A stretch of 64,000 bases of DNA, from the NCBI RefSeq assembly GCF_009914755.1, contig NC_060941.1; one strand, given 5' to 3'. Numbering within the stretch: the stretch's first letter is position 1; the number at the start of each line of letters is the position of its first letter. The position numbers and the translations under genes are program-made. Positions 23,571 through 38,156 of this stretch are shown here, piece by piece. The notes under the pieces are model-generated. The model saw only the letters and a program-made list of their open reading frames with translations, searched no databases and was not told the origin of the DNA. The stretch is from the human T2T-CHM13v2.0 reference genome, Homo sapiens.

Positions 23571-24188
23571 TCATTCAATGCAATATTAAATATTTTATGA
23601 GGTGTTTGCCCAGCTCATGCTGTTCACCTTTCTTTGAGAACTATCCTATTCACAAAGATATTTTTCTAACAACATGGTTATAGCACATGACTCCAGCCCC
23701 TGGCCACACTTAATTAGACCAGAGGTGAACACTTGATCCAGATTGGATTAATTGAGTATCTCTCCTAAGAATTTGGAATAGGGATCAAAAGACACTGGTC
23801 TCAGTCTCAGGGTGAGGCTGGAAACACAGAGATATAAACTTGGGAGCTATGGGGTGGCCACGGGCAAGAGAGGTCCAGGAAACTTATCTGCCTAGCAAGG
23901 ACACAACAGAGGAGAGACTCAACAGCCCATGAATCCCAGAGGAGCTGGAGGGAGGCTGCCTGGCTCCAGAGGGCTCTTCACTTTCTAATTCCAGGTCCTC
24001 ATGGCGTCCAATGGGCACTTAATGATTTGCATTCCTTCAGTTGCCTCTGAAGCCTAAAAATGAACTTCCTCTTAATGTGAAAAGCTGATTTCATGTGCAT
24101 TTCTGATACCTGCAACTGAAGGAGCTTTAAGATAATGGCTCAAATAGCAAAAGATCTCAATCAACTGGATTCAGAGCATCTCCATTAC

Positions 24189-24307
24189 CTGCTGGACATT
24201 TTGCCCTTTAGTGACATATTCATTGCCAACCTTCACCCTTGGACAGCACAGGCCCTTCAGCATTTCTGCAGAATTCAGTCCCATCAGGTATCCGGCTTTG
24301 TCAGCCA
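24189..24307 (-). CDS. MYH13: MYH13 exon 13 ([10 protein letters not shown]...GQNVQQ)
   Basis: 119 nt, AG/GT. Confidence 0.97.
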
Positions 24308-24683
24308 CTGAAGGAAGAGAAAAAAATGGCATCATGCAAAAACAGTAGCTGCTAAAGTGTCCAGTCAGCCCCTGGCTTCTCCCAGAAGTGTTTTCTGTAA
24401 TTTTCTTAAATGTTTTCATGTTGTCATATCTGTACCAGGTCTGGACTTGTTCACTGAAGCTTTAATCCCATATCCAGGGGCCCATGGTTCTCAGGAACTT
24501 CCAATTTGCCTCCTAGATGCAGTTTTAACAATAAGATACTCCGTGGCCAATTTTGACCTACTGATATTTCGATTTCATAAAAGAATGTTGATTACAGGCC
24601 AGGCACGGTGGTTCATGCCTGTAATCCCAGCGTTTTGGGAGGCTAAGGCGGGTGGATCACCTGAGGTCAGGAGTTCGAGATCA

Positions 24684-24872
<189 letters not shown>

Positions 24873-25137
24873 TCAAAAAAAAAATTAATTAATTACATAG
24901 TTATGTTGGAGTCTGACAATACGTTAAAATGTTATATGAGTAAAGGAGCCACCACTTGGACAGTTGACAATATACATGAGGCACCTTCCTAATTTAAGCA
25001 AAGTACCATGCTCATAGTTGAAAGAGAAGTACAAAACTTGACCCTCCCTTCAAATGTTTGGAGATGGTCAAAAGCACTTGACTTTTGGCTGTTTCCTACA
25101 GTTCATGGGTTATATATTTTCATATATTTCAGCAGAC

Positions 25138-25565
25138 GTTCATTGACTTTGAGAAGGACCTGGTGGCCTGCATTGAGCTCATCAAAAAGGCAGAGAAATG
25201 CTGCTCCCCAGGGACTACTTCTTTTTTTTTTTTTTTTTTTTTTTTTTTTGGAGACAGAGTTTCGCAATGTTGCCCAGGCTGGAGTGCAGTGGCGCGATCT
25301 CAGCTCACTGCAAGCTCCGCCTCCTGGGTTCACGCCATTCTCCTGCCTCACCTCCCGAGTAGCTGGGATTACAGGCACCCACCACCAGGCCCGGCTAATT
25401 TTTTTTTATTTTAGTAGAGATGGGGTTTCACCATGTTGGCCAGGATGGTCTTGATCTCCTGACCTTGTGATCTGCCCACCTCCCAGAGTGCTGGGATTAC
25501 AGGTGTGAGCCACCTTGCCCAGCCCCCAGGGATAACTTCTTGGTTGGGACCCTTGCTTCATTGCT
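25138..25565 (+). pseudogene. Inverted degenerate copy of exon 15 3' end + intron 15 start, interrupted by an Alu, in intron 12
   Basis: 25138-25189 matches exon 15 end 43/52 nt ([17 protein letters not shown] vs [17 protein letters not shown]); similarity continues into intron sequence on both sides of the Alu. Confidence 0.88.
25222..25524 (-). mobile_element. AluY/Sc-like inserted into the inverted exon-15 copy
   Basis: TSD cccaggga(ct/ta)acttctt. Confidence 0.85.
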
Positions 25566-26368
25566 GGGTGGGGAGATGAGTTAATAAAAATCTAGGGCAG
25601 TCTATGTTAAGTACTTAATCAGAGGCCAGATGCGTGCTTTACTCTCTCCTCGAATTATCTCCTTTTCTTGCTTTGCCCATTCAGGTAGATGGTACCATTA
25701 TTCTTCTTCTTGTCATTTAAACTTGAAAGGGGTGATACATCCTTCTCTCTCTTGCCCCTGACATTCCTTTGTTCAGACAGGCACCAAGTCCTGCTTATTT
25801 CACTCTCAAAATGCCTGGCCTCTCCACTGCTTCCAGCAGTTATAGTGGCCAAGAGCCTGGGCTCTAGAGTCGGACTGCTCTAGGTTTAGGTTTAGGTTTA
25901 GGTTTTGGTTTTGCTTCTTTGTGCCTCAGTTTTGTCTGTAAAATGGGAGACAGTGACAATACTCATGTTATACGGTTGTCGTGAAGCATGCCTGGTGACT
26001 AGTGAGCGCCCAGCAAATATTAGCTTGGGTTGGTATCGTCATTGATATCATTGGAGCACTGGCCTTGATTATAGTCCTCCACTTTCTGCTCCTAAGCACT
26101 GCACACACACAGCTGCTAGGGCTGGAAGAGGGCCTGGGACCCTACTGAGGTATATCAATACGTGTATCAATGCAGTCCACTGTTGCTGAGGAGCCTGATA
26201 CTCTTTTTTTTTTCTTCTCAAGTTTTTCCACTTTTGGTGAGCCTGGCTGCTGACAGATTAATTTCAGGTTGTCTGCATGTACTTCCCCTGCTACTTGGAC
26301 AGCGGCTTCCGTGTCCTGCCATATATTCTAAACCATTCATCCTGACACTCAAGATCTTCCCAAACTGA

Positions 26369-26913
<545 letters not shown>

Positions 26914-27073
26914 TGCTCATGACATTTCTTCTGCTTGAACTGATCTCTCCCCCAATTTTTCAGAATCCTATTCATCCCTCAAAGTCCAAGTCAGTGCCCC
27001 TTCTATCAGGAAGCCTTCCCTGATTGCCCCAGTCAGAAGTGTTTCCTGTGTGAAGACTTGGAGTCCCCTCCAC

Positions 27074-27245
27074 TGTGATGGGCAGGATTCTAGGATGGCA
27101 CCCAAGGTGTGCCCCCTGGTGTACATGCCTTGTATAACCTCCTTTACTTGAGTGCAGTGGAACCTGTACAACTCCCATGATGCGGTGACCAATCAGTTGA
27201 CTTTGAGTTAACAAAAAGGGAGAATTATCCCAGGCAGGCCTAGGA
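27074..27245 (+). mobile_element. MLT1-like LTR fragment (related fragment at ~29720-29830)
   Basis: Shared accaatcagttgactttgagtt..aaaaagggaga motif in both places. Confidence 0.55.
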
Positions 27246-27959
27246 TAGAAGGTTGGTAAGCATTTATGGGACACTGATAAGGTTATGTAGATTTTCCCAC
27301 CCTTTAATTTATGGCTGCACTTCCTTTTTATTACTTGAGAGTTTAAAGCGCACTGCTTCACATACTGTGGGGCTGTAATCAAAAGGCAGAATTATCAAGA
27401 ACGATCCATGTTGCCAGGCTTTAATTCAAGGAACTTGTAAGAAGCATCGTGAGAGCTAAGAAGTCTAATGAGCAGGACGTATGGTGGGGAGTCAGTCACT
27501 GCTCAGCCCTTCCTGCTGCCCTGTGCTCTAGTTCCAGGCCTCTTAGGGATGGGGCAGAGGGTGGCAGTAGGATCAGCTAGGTGAGAGTTATGGGGAGGAA
27601 GAACCGTTCACCATTCTTGGTTCAGGGTCAAGTTCAACAGACGCTGGGGTGGAGGCGATGGGAGGAACAAAACTTGGCTCCCACTTTACCAAAGGCCTCA
27701 TTTTAGGCCTGAGTAATTAAGACTGCATTCTGGTGGAGAGAAGAGAAGTTCACCTAACAATATTGTCTCAAAAAAGTCCACCTTAAAAAAAACAGGCACA
27801 TTTAGATGGTGAAAGATAGTGGAGTGCGTGGTGATTATTCATTTACAAGAATGATGCTTTTTGTTTTTCAAGAATTCACTACTCTGGGAGTCCTTGACTG
27901 AGTGAGCAGACTTCCTAGTGCATGCTACAATGAGCTTCAGGAAACCCAGATTTGATTTA

Positions 27960-28232
<273 letters not shown>

Positions 28233-28733
28233 TCATAGCAGGAATCAGGGATCCATATGCAGCCTTTTCTTGGCAAAGACCTTACCTCTTTTTTGTATAG
28301 CATATGAGACAGCATTTGCCCAAATAAGTGGATGACAGGTGGGGATGTGGTAAATTAGAAACCATTTGTTTCACGTGTTTGTGTGGGTGGGTGGAGACTA
28401 TGGGAAAAAGATGTGAATTGTCTGTTTCCTTCCATCAAATAAGAACTGATTACAGTCGGGCGCGGTGGCTCACGCCTGTAATCCCAGCACTTTGAGAGGC
28501 CAGGGCAGGCAGATTACGAGGTCAGGAGTTTGAGACCATCCTGGCCAACATGGTGACGCTCCATCTCTACTAAAAATACAAAAAATTAGCCAGGCATGGT
28601 GGCTGGCACCTGTAGTCCCAGCTACTCAGGATGCTGAGGCAGGAGAATCACTTGAACCTGGGAGGCGGAGGTTGGAGTGAGCCAAGATTGTACCATTGCA
28701 CTCCAGCCTGGGAGACAGAGTGAGACTCCATCT

Positions 28734-28773
<40 letters not shown>

Positions 28774-30012
28774 CTGATTATGATCTTTTCTCACTGTACA
28801 TAGATTTGGGGGAGCAGTTTTCTGGATGAGGCGATTGGGAACCATTGTATGATACTGAGAGCTGGGAATGTCATGGAGAATGACTGGGAAATAATGTTTA
28901 ATGGCTTAAGAGTTTGGCATTGTAATCCAGGAGTTCCAGCATTGTTCAGACTCAAGACAATATGCATTATGGAATATTAGATCTGGAAGGGAAGATCATC
29001 AAAGATGGCATCATCATTTCCCAAATGAGAAAGGGGCAAGCTTTTGCAGAGCTCTTTCTATGTGCTAGACATTGGGTAGGCATCATCTGTATGTTATTAA
29101 ATCCCCATGAAGCCCCTTTAGCTGTGCAGGTTTTTCCAGATTTCTGGATGAAGATTTGAGGGTCTAGTTGGTAAGTAGCCTGTCATACAGGGAGGGTGTG
29201 ATAAGACTGGGACTGGAGTTAGGTCTTGGTCCCTTCAAAACCTAGGGTCATTGCTGGTTTGGTTTTATAATCATGTTGCCTGTCTTCCACCACAAAGGTT
29301 TCAACAAAAAGAAATCCTTCTCTGGGGTACACATATTGATTATGCAGTAGGGTTTGCAGCCTGAGCCTGTAGAGTGTCCATTGGTAGGATTGAAACATGT
29401 TTGGACGTGTTTGGTGAGCACGTAGGATAGACCCAATAGGCCAACACCAGCAGGATGATATTGGAGAGTCAAGCATTCTTGGAGTGGCACCCCCTTTAGT
29501 GGAGAATGAGCCTATGCCAGGAGCTGGGATATATGGGGAGGAGAGATTCCGAGGCCATGATGGCCATCCCTTGAATCCATATCCCATTTCAGGGTTGCAT
29601 ATCTCTGTCCTAGGGAAGGGTCGTTGTAGGTTAAAAGAGAAAGAACTCTTTCAAAAACACTAAAAGGAGCAGGTGAAAGCGTCACTGCCTGGGGACCCTT
29701 TTGGAGAATGTCATCTCCAAAGGGGTGCAGGTGGAACCTGGGTATATGATGGGATGTCACTCCCATTATGAAGTTACCAATCAGTTGACTTTGAGTTCAT
29801 AAAAAGGGAGACTATACCAGGCAGGCTATAAAAGCTCCGTGAGGCCAGGCGCGGTAGCTCACATCTGTAATCCCAGCACTTTGGAAGGCCGAGGTGGGTG
29901 GATCACAAGGCTAGGAGTTCAAGACCAGCCTGGCCAACATGGGGAAACCCCTTCTCTACTAAAAATACAAAAATTAGCCGAGCGTGGTGACAGGTGCCTG
30001 TCATCCCAGCTA

Positions 30013-30240
<228 letters not shown>

Positions 30241-30351
30241 TTAGGTGGGCCTTTCTCAGTGGATGGGGGCCTTGTAGCAGTCATTAGCCTGGCCCTTTCT
30301 GTGCTTACAAGTTAGTGAAGACTGGGGAAACCTCATTAAAAATATATAACA

Positions 30352-30834
30352 ACTTAAATTAAATTTGGTCTAAAACTGCCTCCATACATAGCAAACTATA
30401 ACCTAAATTAGTATGTAAACAAACTGCAACCTAAGAGTATATTCTTGTAACAAATAGCTGAGTCTCAGCCAGTCACAGCAGCTGAGCTTCAGCCAATCAC
30501 AGCAGCTGAGCTTCAGCCAATCACAGCAGCTGAGTCTCAGCCAATCACAGCAGCTGAGCTTCAGCCAATCACAGGCTGCCAAACTGATGGGCCATTGTGC
30601 ATATAACACAAATGCTTCATCACACCACCTGCAGATAAGGCAAAGGCAGACCTGTACCTAATCAAGCTGTTTCTGTATGTCACTTCCTTTTTCTGCCTAT
30701 AAATACTGCCTGCCATGTTGCTGGGTGGAGCTCTCTGAGCCTCTCCAGGTGCTGAGTGTGGTCCAACTCATGAATCATTCTTTGCACAAATAAACTCTGC
30801 TAAATTTAATTTGTCTCAAATTTTTCTTTTAACA
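30352..30834 (+). mobile_element. Solo ERV1 LTR, MER57-like
   Basis: Ends ...tttcttttaaCA; CCAAT repeats, TATAAATA 30698-30705, AATAAA 30789-30794. Confidence 0.75.
30455..30574 (+). repeat. 5 x 24-bp tandem repeat CAGCTGAGCTTCAGCCAATCACAG
   Basis: Five consecutive units read directly. Confidence 0.95.
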
Positions 30835-31236
30835 CTATTAGACCTAAGATAACAAGTTTATTTGATCATGAAAATTTTTCTATTTGTGTTAAAACAATTA
30901 TTATCAGCTGGAAATGTCACCAAATGAAGGCTAAGAAGCTGGTCATGGGGCAGTGTCTCTAGGATGATGGACAAGACCCCTTTTCGCAAGCTCTTGAAGC
31001 TTTTGTATGGGTGGAGCCAACAAGGGTGGAGATGAATTGCTCACAGACGGTATACTTTAATTAAAAATGTAAGCTCTGTAGTTAGGCAGACCTGTGTTTA
31101 AATACTCTGTCATTGGGCCTGGTGCAGTGGCTCATGCTTGTAATCCCAGCACTTTGGGAGGCTGAGCTGGGTGGATCACCAGAGATCAGGAGTTTGAGAC
31201 CAGCCTGGCCAACATGGTGAAACCCCAATTCTACTA

Positions 31237-31603
<367 letters not shown>

Positions 31604-32208
31604 CTATAATGAGACAATGCAGGTAAAGCCACTTATCTCAGTGCCTGGCACATGTAAGTGCTCAATATATTTGGTTATTATTGTTATTAAGATTATTAAT
31701 CCTACAGGTACTTCCCCAAAATAAACACCACAGGCCTGACAGGTGTACTGAGGAGCTGAGTGTCTAAGGTGAGCCTAAAGTGAAAGGCAGAAAGAAAAAT
31801 GGAGAGGCTATTACAGAGTGGGCTTGGTTTTCTGCTTTATACTTTTTTATATTTTCTAAATTTTCTTGAAGAACCATGTAGATGGTTTTGCAACATGAAA
31901 ACTTTCAACGAATGTTAGGTTAAAGATCTTATAAATGCAAAAATGCATTCCAGTTAAAATGTTAGAGAACAGAACTGAAGGCCTGCTTTGGTGAACCTTC
32001 TGGATTTCCATTTTGGAATGCTGTGAGGTGGAGCTGAGTAGGGAGGGGCCAATCTGTGCTAATTCTCTGAGCTCTTGATCTCTGAGATCTTGAGTCTAAT
32101 CACTTAGTATCCCTGGATTTCAGCTTTCCCATTAGCTCACTAACGTGTCTCTCAGTTCATAAACTCAATAATTCTGTGCATAAACAGACAAATAAATGGC
32201 ATGCTTAC

Positions 32209-32312
32209 ATCTGTCGCCAGCAGTTCTTCACTGTCATCGATACTGGCTACCGTGACCTCTCCTTGGCTCACGAAGGGGAAGTCGAAGGGGTTGGTGGAGA
32301 TCAGAAGCAGGT
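32209..32312 (-). CDS. MYH13: MYH13 exon 11 ([14 protein letters not shown]...EELLATD)
   Basis: 104 nt, AG/GT. Confidence 0.97.
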
Positions 32313-32422
32313 CTGTGAAACACAGATATCCCTTTAATGGCTTATGCATAACTTACTCTGGGTTGCTTTTTTTTCCCAACGTCACCGATTTGGAACATAA
32401 GAAAGGTATTCCAAGAGCTTAC

Positions 32423-32521
32423 CAATTAGTTCTGGCTTCTTGTTTGACATAATTTGGTAGAAAATATGATAGCTTCTCTCACTGGATAATTGAAACGTCA
32501 CTCTGGATTTTTCTAACAGAT
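32423..32521 (-). CDS. MYH13: MYH13 exon 10 ([11 protein letters not shown]...KKPELI)
   Basis: 99 nt, AG/GT. Confidence 0.96.
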
Positions 32522-32549
32522 CTAAGGTAACAAAAATAACGTGATTTCA

Positions 32550-32762
<213 letters not shown>

Positions 32763-33093
32763 TTATAAATGCAAAAATGCTAGAGAACAGAACTGAAGGC
32801 CTGCTTTGGTGAACCTTCTGGATTTGCATTTTGGAATGCTGTGAGGAGGAGCTGAGTAGGGAGGGGCCAATCTGTGCTGATTCTCTGAGCCCTTGATGTC
32901 TGAGATCTTGAGTCTAATCACTTAGTATCCCTGGATTTCAGTTTTCCCATTAGCTCACTAACATGTCTCTCAGTTCATAAACTCAATAATTCTGTCCGTA
33001 AACAAACAAATAAATGGCATGCTTACATCTGTCGCCAACAATTCTTCACTGTCATTGATATTGGCCACCATGACCTCTCCTTGGCTCAGAAGG
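32763..33093 (-). pseudogene. Direct partial duplicate of exon 11 3' end + intron 11 start, located in intron 8
   Basis: Aligns to 31929-32276 with 16 substitutions over ~308 nt plus a 16-nt deletion; encodes [20 protein letters not shown]; donor GAT|GTAAGC intact at 33026. Confidence 0.95.
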
Positions 33094-34418
33094 AAGGGAT
33101 GCCAGAACATGGGCACCTCTCCACCGGGTGCCCAGTGCTCCCAAGCTGGGTCAGCAAGGACTCAGGTAGCTCTACCCAAGCACCTGTCCCTGTTCCCACA
33201 ACTCAGGGGATGCCCACAGGCTCCTTCTCCAGCTCTCTTCTTGGGACTACTCCATTCTTGACTGCCTGCCTGGTTTTCATCCTGTTCTCTTATACCTGGA
33301 TTCTTAAATCTTCATAACACCTTTTAATTGTAACTGGTTGGATTGTTCTGTCTGACTTTTTTTTTTTTTTTTTTTTTTTGCTTGTATCTTAATAGATGCT
33401 ACTTCTGAGATTTCTTGCCTGAGTTTCACATATGGCTGACTACAGACAAATCTGGCTCAGAGGCCCGGGCTCAGGCTCAGGCCTGGCTCCCTGGCTGCCA
33501 AAAGAACAACTCAGGGTCTAGGTGGCCCACTTTCTGGGGAGTGGGAGGTAAAATTTCATATGCGTGTTTGTGTGTATGCACCTGCTTCATACATTATCTG
33601 CTTAATTGGTCCTCAACGACACTGTGCGCAAATTTGAGGACAAAAAATGTTTTCTTGCTTTTTCACCCACAGTGTCTGAAATGTGGATGGTACTTAGTAC
33701 TAGCCTCAATATTTTCTGAATGAACCCCAGGAAAAGTTAGTGAAGGATCAGTAAAGGCACATGTGCACTGTAAGTGCTGTGTCTTCAGTATATTTAGCGG
33801 CTTAACAGAAGACAATGGAAGTCATCCCTAGCCTGCAAATATTTGGAGGGTGGAAAGAGGACAAAATAATTAGAATGATTGTGACTTCTGGGTCAGGGCT
33901 AAGAGTAGAGGCCCATGAACTAAGTAAATGGGAATGAGAAGAGGGAGTGCCTGAAGGTATTGTCTTTCACTTTAAGCTGGTGTCAGGCCAGTGCAATAAC
34001 TAACTTGGTCCAGGCATGGGTAACATACCTCTGCCATGTAACATGTGCCCAGATCTTCCACAAGGAAGAGGAGTTTATTTGGGCACTGGGGAGGATACAG
34101 GTGCAAACTGGCAGTGCACAGGGTACAAAGAACATATCCAAGGAAACAAAAGTCAAGGCTCAGAGCCATGGTCCTTGATGGATTACCTACTTCCTCATTG
34201 ATAACCATTTTATCTTTCAGGCGACGAAATACAAGTTTGAGACTATCCAACTATTAAGATGTGTGAAGTTTTAATGTACTTTTGCAACCATAGGCACAAA
34301 TGATGGCTTTGCCTCTGAGTACTTGCTCCACTGGCCAGTGAAATGAAATAGAGGGCTGGATGTGTGTTTATTTCCGATGGGAAGTAAATGTCTTTTTGAT
34401 TAAGCCAAACCTAAGTAA

Positions 34419-34772
<354 letters not shown>

Positions 34773-35129
34773 CTATTTCAAATTTTTGAGCTCTTCTGCC
34801 TTCACTAGGTTTTCCCTGCTCCCAGTCCCTACTGAGTTGGAAGAGGTCAAATCTGCTAACTTAATTCACACTAAGGTTTCCGTGGCTAGACCAATAGATA
34901 TGGCTTAATGGACGTTAACATTTTAAAATGTTTCCACACAGAGAGACCCATTTTAGCATAAAGTTGATCTCTAATTGTGGGATTTGAATCATGTGAGTGA
35001 CTTCAGGATGCTGTGAGGTGACATTGCCTAGTTAGGGTAGGACGGCAAATCCTCCCTCTGCCAGGACCAAGCCAACACCTTCCTCAAAGTGTATCACAAT
35101 ATTCCAGGTGGGTAGATTGATCTCAATCA

Positions 35130-35339
<210 letters not shown>

Positions 35340-35926
35340 CTAATAATAAACAAGAAGAGGAAAAAGAGGACTTTGGATGGTTTTCTAAAGTAGCCCCTTG
35401 ATGACTAAAACGGTGGGTACTCTGGGCAGGTTCAGGTAGAGATGTCGACCAGCTCCACCTGGTGGTCAGTGCAGCACCCACGCCCCCACCCCCACCAGAC
35501 CTGAGGCGTCTTCAAGGTACCATCTTAGACAGGTTCTTATTAGCATAGCATTGAAGTGACTTCTGGTCATGCCAGGTTCTAGGCAGGAATATTACTCCCT
35601 CCATCAGAACATCCAGACTGCCTTTCTGATAACATTTCATTATAAATCATGGATTTTTATAACATGCACCTCTGTTATTGCATGTAATATGACCCACCTA
35701 ATATAGATATTTGTCTTCAGAAGGAGAAATAGAATGTGAGCAAAGCAAGCGACCCAGGGGATGATACAATAACAACAGTGGTTCTCAAAAAGGTTTTTTA
35801 TGTAGCAAAAACTTATGAGAATGATTATTCAGAAATCCACTACAGAAAGCAGAGTTTTCACCTTCACCTCCATGACTGCTTTATCCTTCTGGGTCCAGAG
35901 CAATTTAGAAACTACTGTCAAACCTA

Positions 35927-36413
35927 GTGGTTCTCAAAGTGTGGTCCCTGGGCCAGCAGCATGAACACTACCTGGGAATATATGAGAAATGCCAGGTATG
36001 GTAGTTCACACTCGTAATTAGCACTTTGGAAGGCTGAGGCAGGAGGATTACTTGAGGCCAACGGTCTGATACCAGCCTAGGAAAGATAGTGAGACTCCAT
36101 CTCTACAAAAAATTAAAAAAAAACTAGCCAGGCATGGTGGTTCCTGTAGTCTTAGCTACTTGGAAGGCTGAAGGATGATCGCTTGAGCCCAGGAGTTTGA
36201 AGTCACAGTGAGCTATGATGGTGTGCCACTGTACTCCAGCCTGGGTGACAGAGTGAGACCCTGTCTCTCCAAAATAAAAAGGAAAAAAAGATGCAAACTA
36301 TGAGGTCCCACCCTAGATCTACACAATCAGGAATTCTGGGCCTGGGTTCTGCCGCCCTTTGTTAAGAATCTCTCCTGTTGATTCTGATGTGTACTCCAGT
36401 TTGAAAACCACTG
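35927..36413. mobile_element. MER5-family MITE interrupted by AluJ (~35990-36290)
   Basis: gtggttctcaaagtgtggtccc ... agtttgaaaaccactg. Confidence 0.65.
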
Positions 36414-36543
36414 GTGTAAACATTCCTTCTCCAGAGGAGGATGTGGAGTTGGTCAAGGTCCCTCAACTGTAGGTGATGGAGCTGGTGCTAGAACTCAAGT
36501 CCATTCTGGTGGAACCACTTCCTGCTTTGCTCCATGTGATACT

Positions 36544-37345
36544 GTGATGTAATAGGAATGGTATATTTTGGTCTTTTTCCAGTTTCCTGGTACGCAGCTC
36601 CTAAAACCCTTGGAATATCTGAAGTGATAAATGTCTTTTTGTGTGCTAATGAGATGATTGGTGGCTTCGGGGTCCTGGACAGCTCAGGATGGGGGCTGGC
36701 TGCCAGGGAACCAACCGCGTGATTAGAGAGTTGGAACTTTCAGCCCTATTCCTGACCCCTGGGAAGGAAAGAAGGGCTGGAGGTTGAGTCAATCATCAAT
36801 GGCCAGTGATTTAATTAATCATGCTCATGTAATGCAACCTCTATAAAAACCCTACACAGAAGGCTTCAGAGAGGTTCCAGGTTGATGAACACCTAGAGGT
36901 ACTGGGAGGATGTCACCTGCAGAGACCCTGCCCCTCCCCCATACCTTGCCCTAGACATCTTTTCCACTTGGCTTTTCCTCTGCATCCTTTGTAACAGCCT
37001 TTATAACAAACTGGCAAATGTAAGCAAAGTGTTTCTCTGAGTTCTGTGAAGCACTCTAGGTAATTACCAAACCTGAGACGGGGGTCGTGAGCTCCTCCCA
37101 ATTAATAGCTGCTTGCTTAGAAGTTCAGGAGGCCCGGACTGGTCCCTGGTATCCAAAGTGGGGTCAGTTTTGCAGGACTGAGCCCTTAACTTGTGTGATT
37201 TGATGCTTTCTCTAGGTAGTTAGTATCAGAATTGAATTGAATTGTAGGACACCCAGTTGGTGTCTGCAGAGAATTAGAGAATTGTTTGGCATGGAAAAAC
37301 CCCATACATTTGATGGCAGACACGTTCTGTGTGAGGATACAGAGA
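36544..37345 (+). mobile_element. MER21-family LTR
   Basis: Characteristic tttcctggtacgcagctcctaaaacccttggaat and ttggaactttcagccc segments. Confidence 0.7.
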
Positions 37346-37471
37346 GGAAAGAAAGAATTTTTCCTATTTGCCGTTTCTACTGAGCGCATACCCTGCATAC
37401 ACTTGGTGCTCATCCACGCTTTAAAGTATACTTATTCCAGTAAGCCTCCGGATGCAGGTGGGGCTGCTCAC

Positions 37472-37583
37472 CTGCATTTTGCCTGGCTGTGTCTCCTTCT
37501 TCTTGTCCCCGGTAACTGCAATTGTTGCAAAATACTGGATGACACGCTTGGTGTTCACAGTCTTCCCAGCCCCGGATTCTCCG
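37472..37583 (-). CDS. MYH13: MYH13 exon 7 (P-loop GESGAGKT, loop 1)
   Basis: 112 nt, AG/GT. Confidence 0.97.
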
Positions 37584-37672
37584 CTGCCAATTTAAAAGTA
37601 AACGGGATAAAGGAGAGTGGAAGGGAGGGCACTGGTTTCCAAGTCATGATGGTACAAAGAGGTGTTACTCAC

Positions 37673-37700
37673 GTGATGAGGATAGACTGGTTGTCTCGAT
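37673..37700 (-). CDS. MYH13: MYH13 exon 6 (DRDNQSILIT), 28-nt micro-exon
   Basis: ttctag|ATCGAGAC...CATCAC|gtgagt; restores frame into the P-loop exon. Confidence 0.95.
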
Positions 37701-38156
37701 CTAGAAATGCAGAGGGAAGCAAAACAAAACAAATAAACAACAAACAGAATGTTAAAATAAAGTAACATTGGGGGTGGTTGGAGAACATAGGCTCTAGTTA
37801 ATGTCTTTGCCATTAACCACTGGTATGATTTGGGCATGTCTAATCTTCTTTGGGACAATTTAGGCAGATTTCTCAAATGTGGGATGTGCAACATGACCAG
37901 CCTGGGAGGTGAATGATTCTCTACTCACTGTAGTGAATCCCACAGTGTAGAAGTTACTCATGTTTATAGATCTTTAACTCCCTGCTAGTCCTTTCCCATC
38001 GCCCTTTTCCATAAAGAAAGCAAGTGTCAGGTTCAGAGCTTGTGGGGCCACAGCTTTTCATCAGCATTTATAGATGCTGGTTGGTTTCATTGCATTTTTC
38101 TTTTACCTTTACCTTCTACTTGTGAAAAGTGATACTGGTTTTTCATTTACAATAGA

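Noticed and set aside
25881-25910. Telomere-like (TTTAGG)n
   Set aside because: Only 3-4 units, not TTAGGG, within a MIR-like remnant
30455-30574. CRISPR-like array
   Set aside because: Head-to-tail repeats with no unique spacers, inside a human LTR
33357-33379. Isolated T23 run
   Set aside because: No Alu/L1 body or clear TSD; ordinary mononucleotide tract
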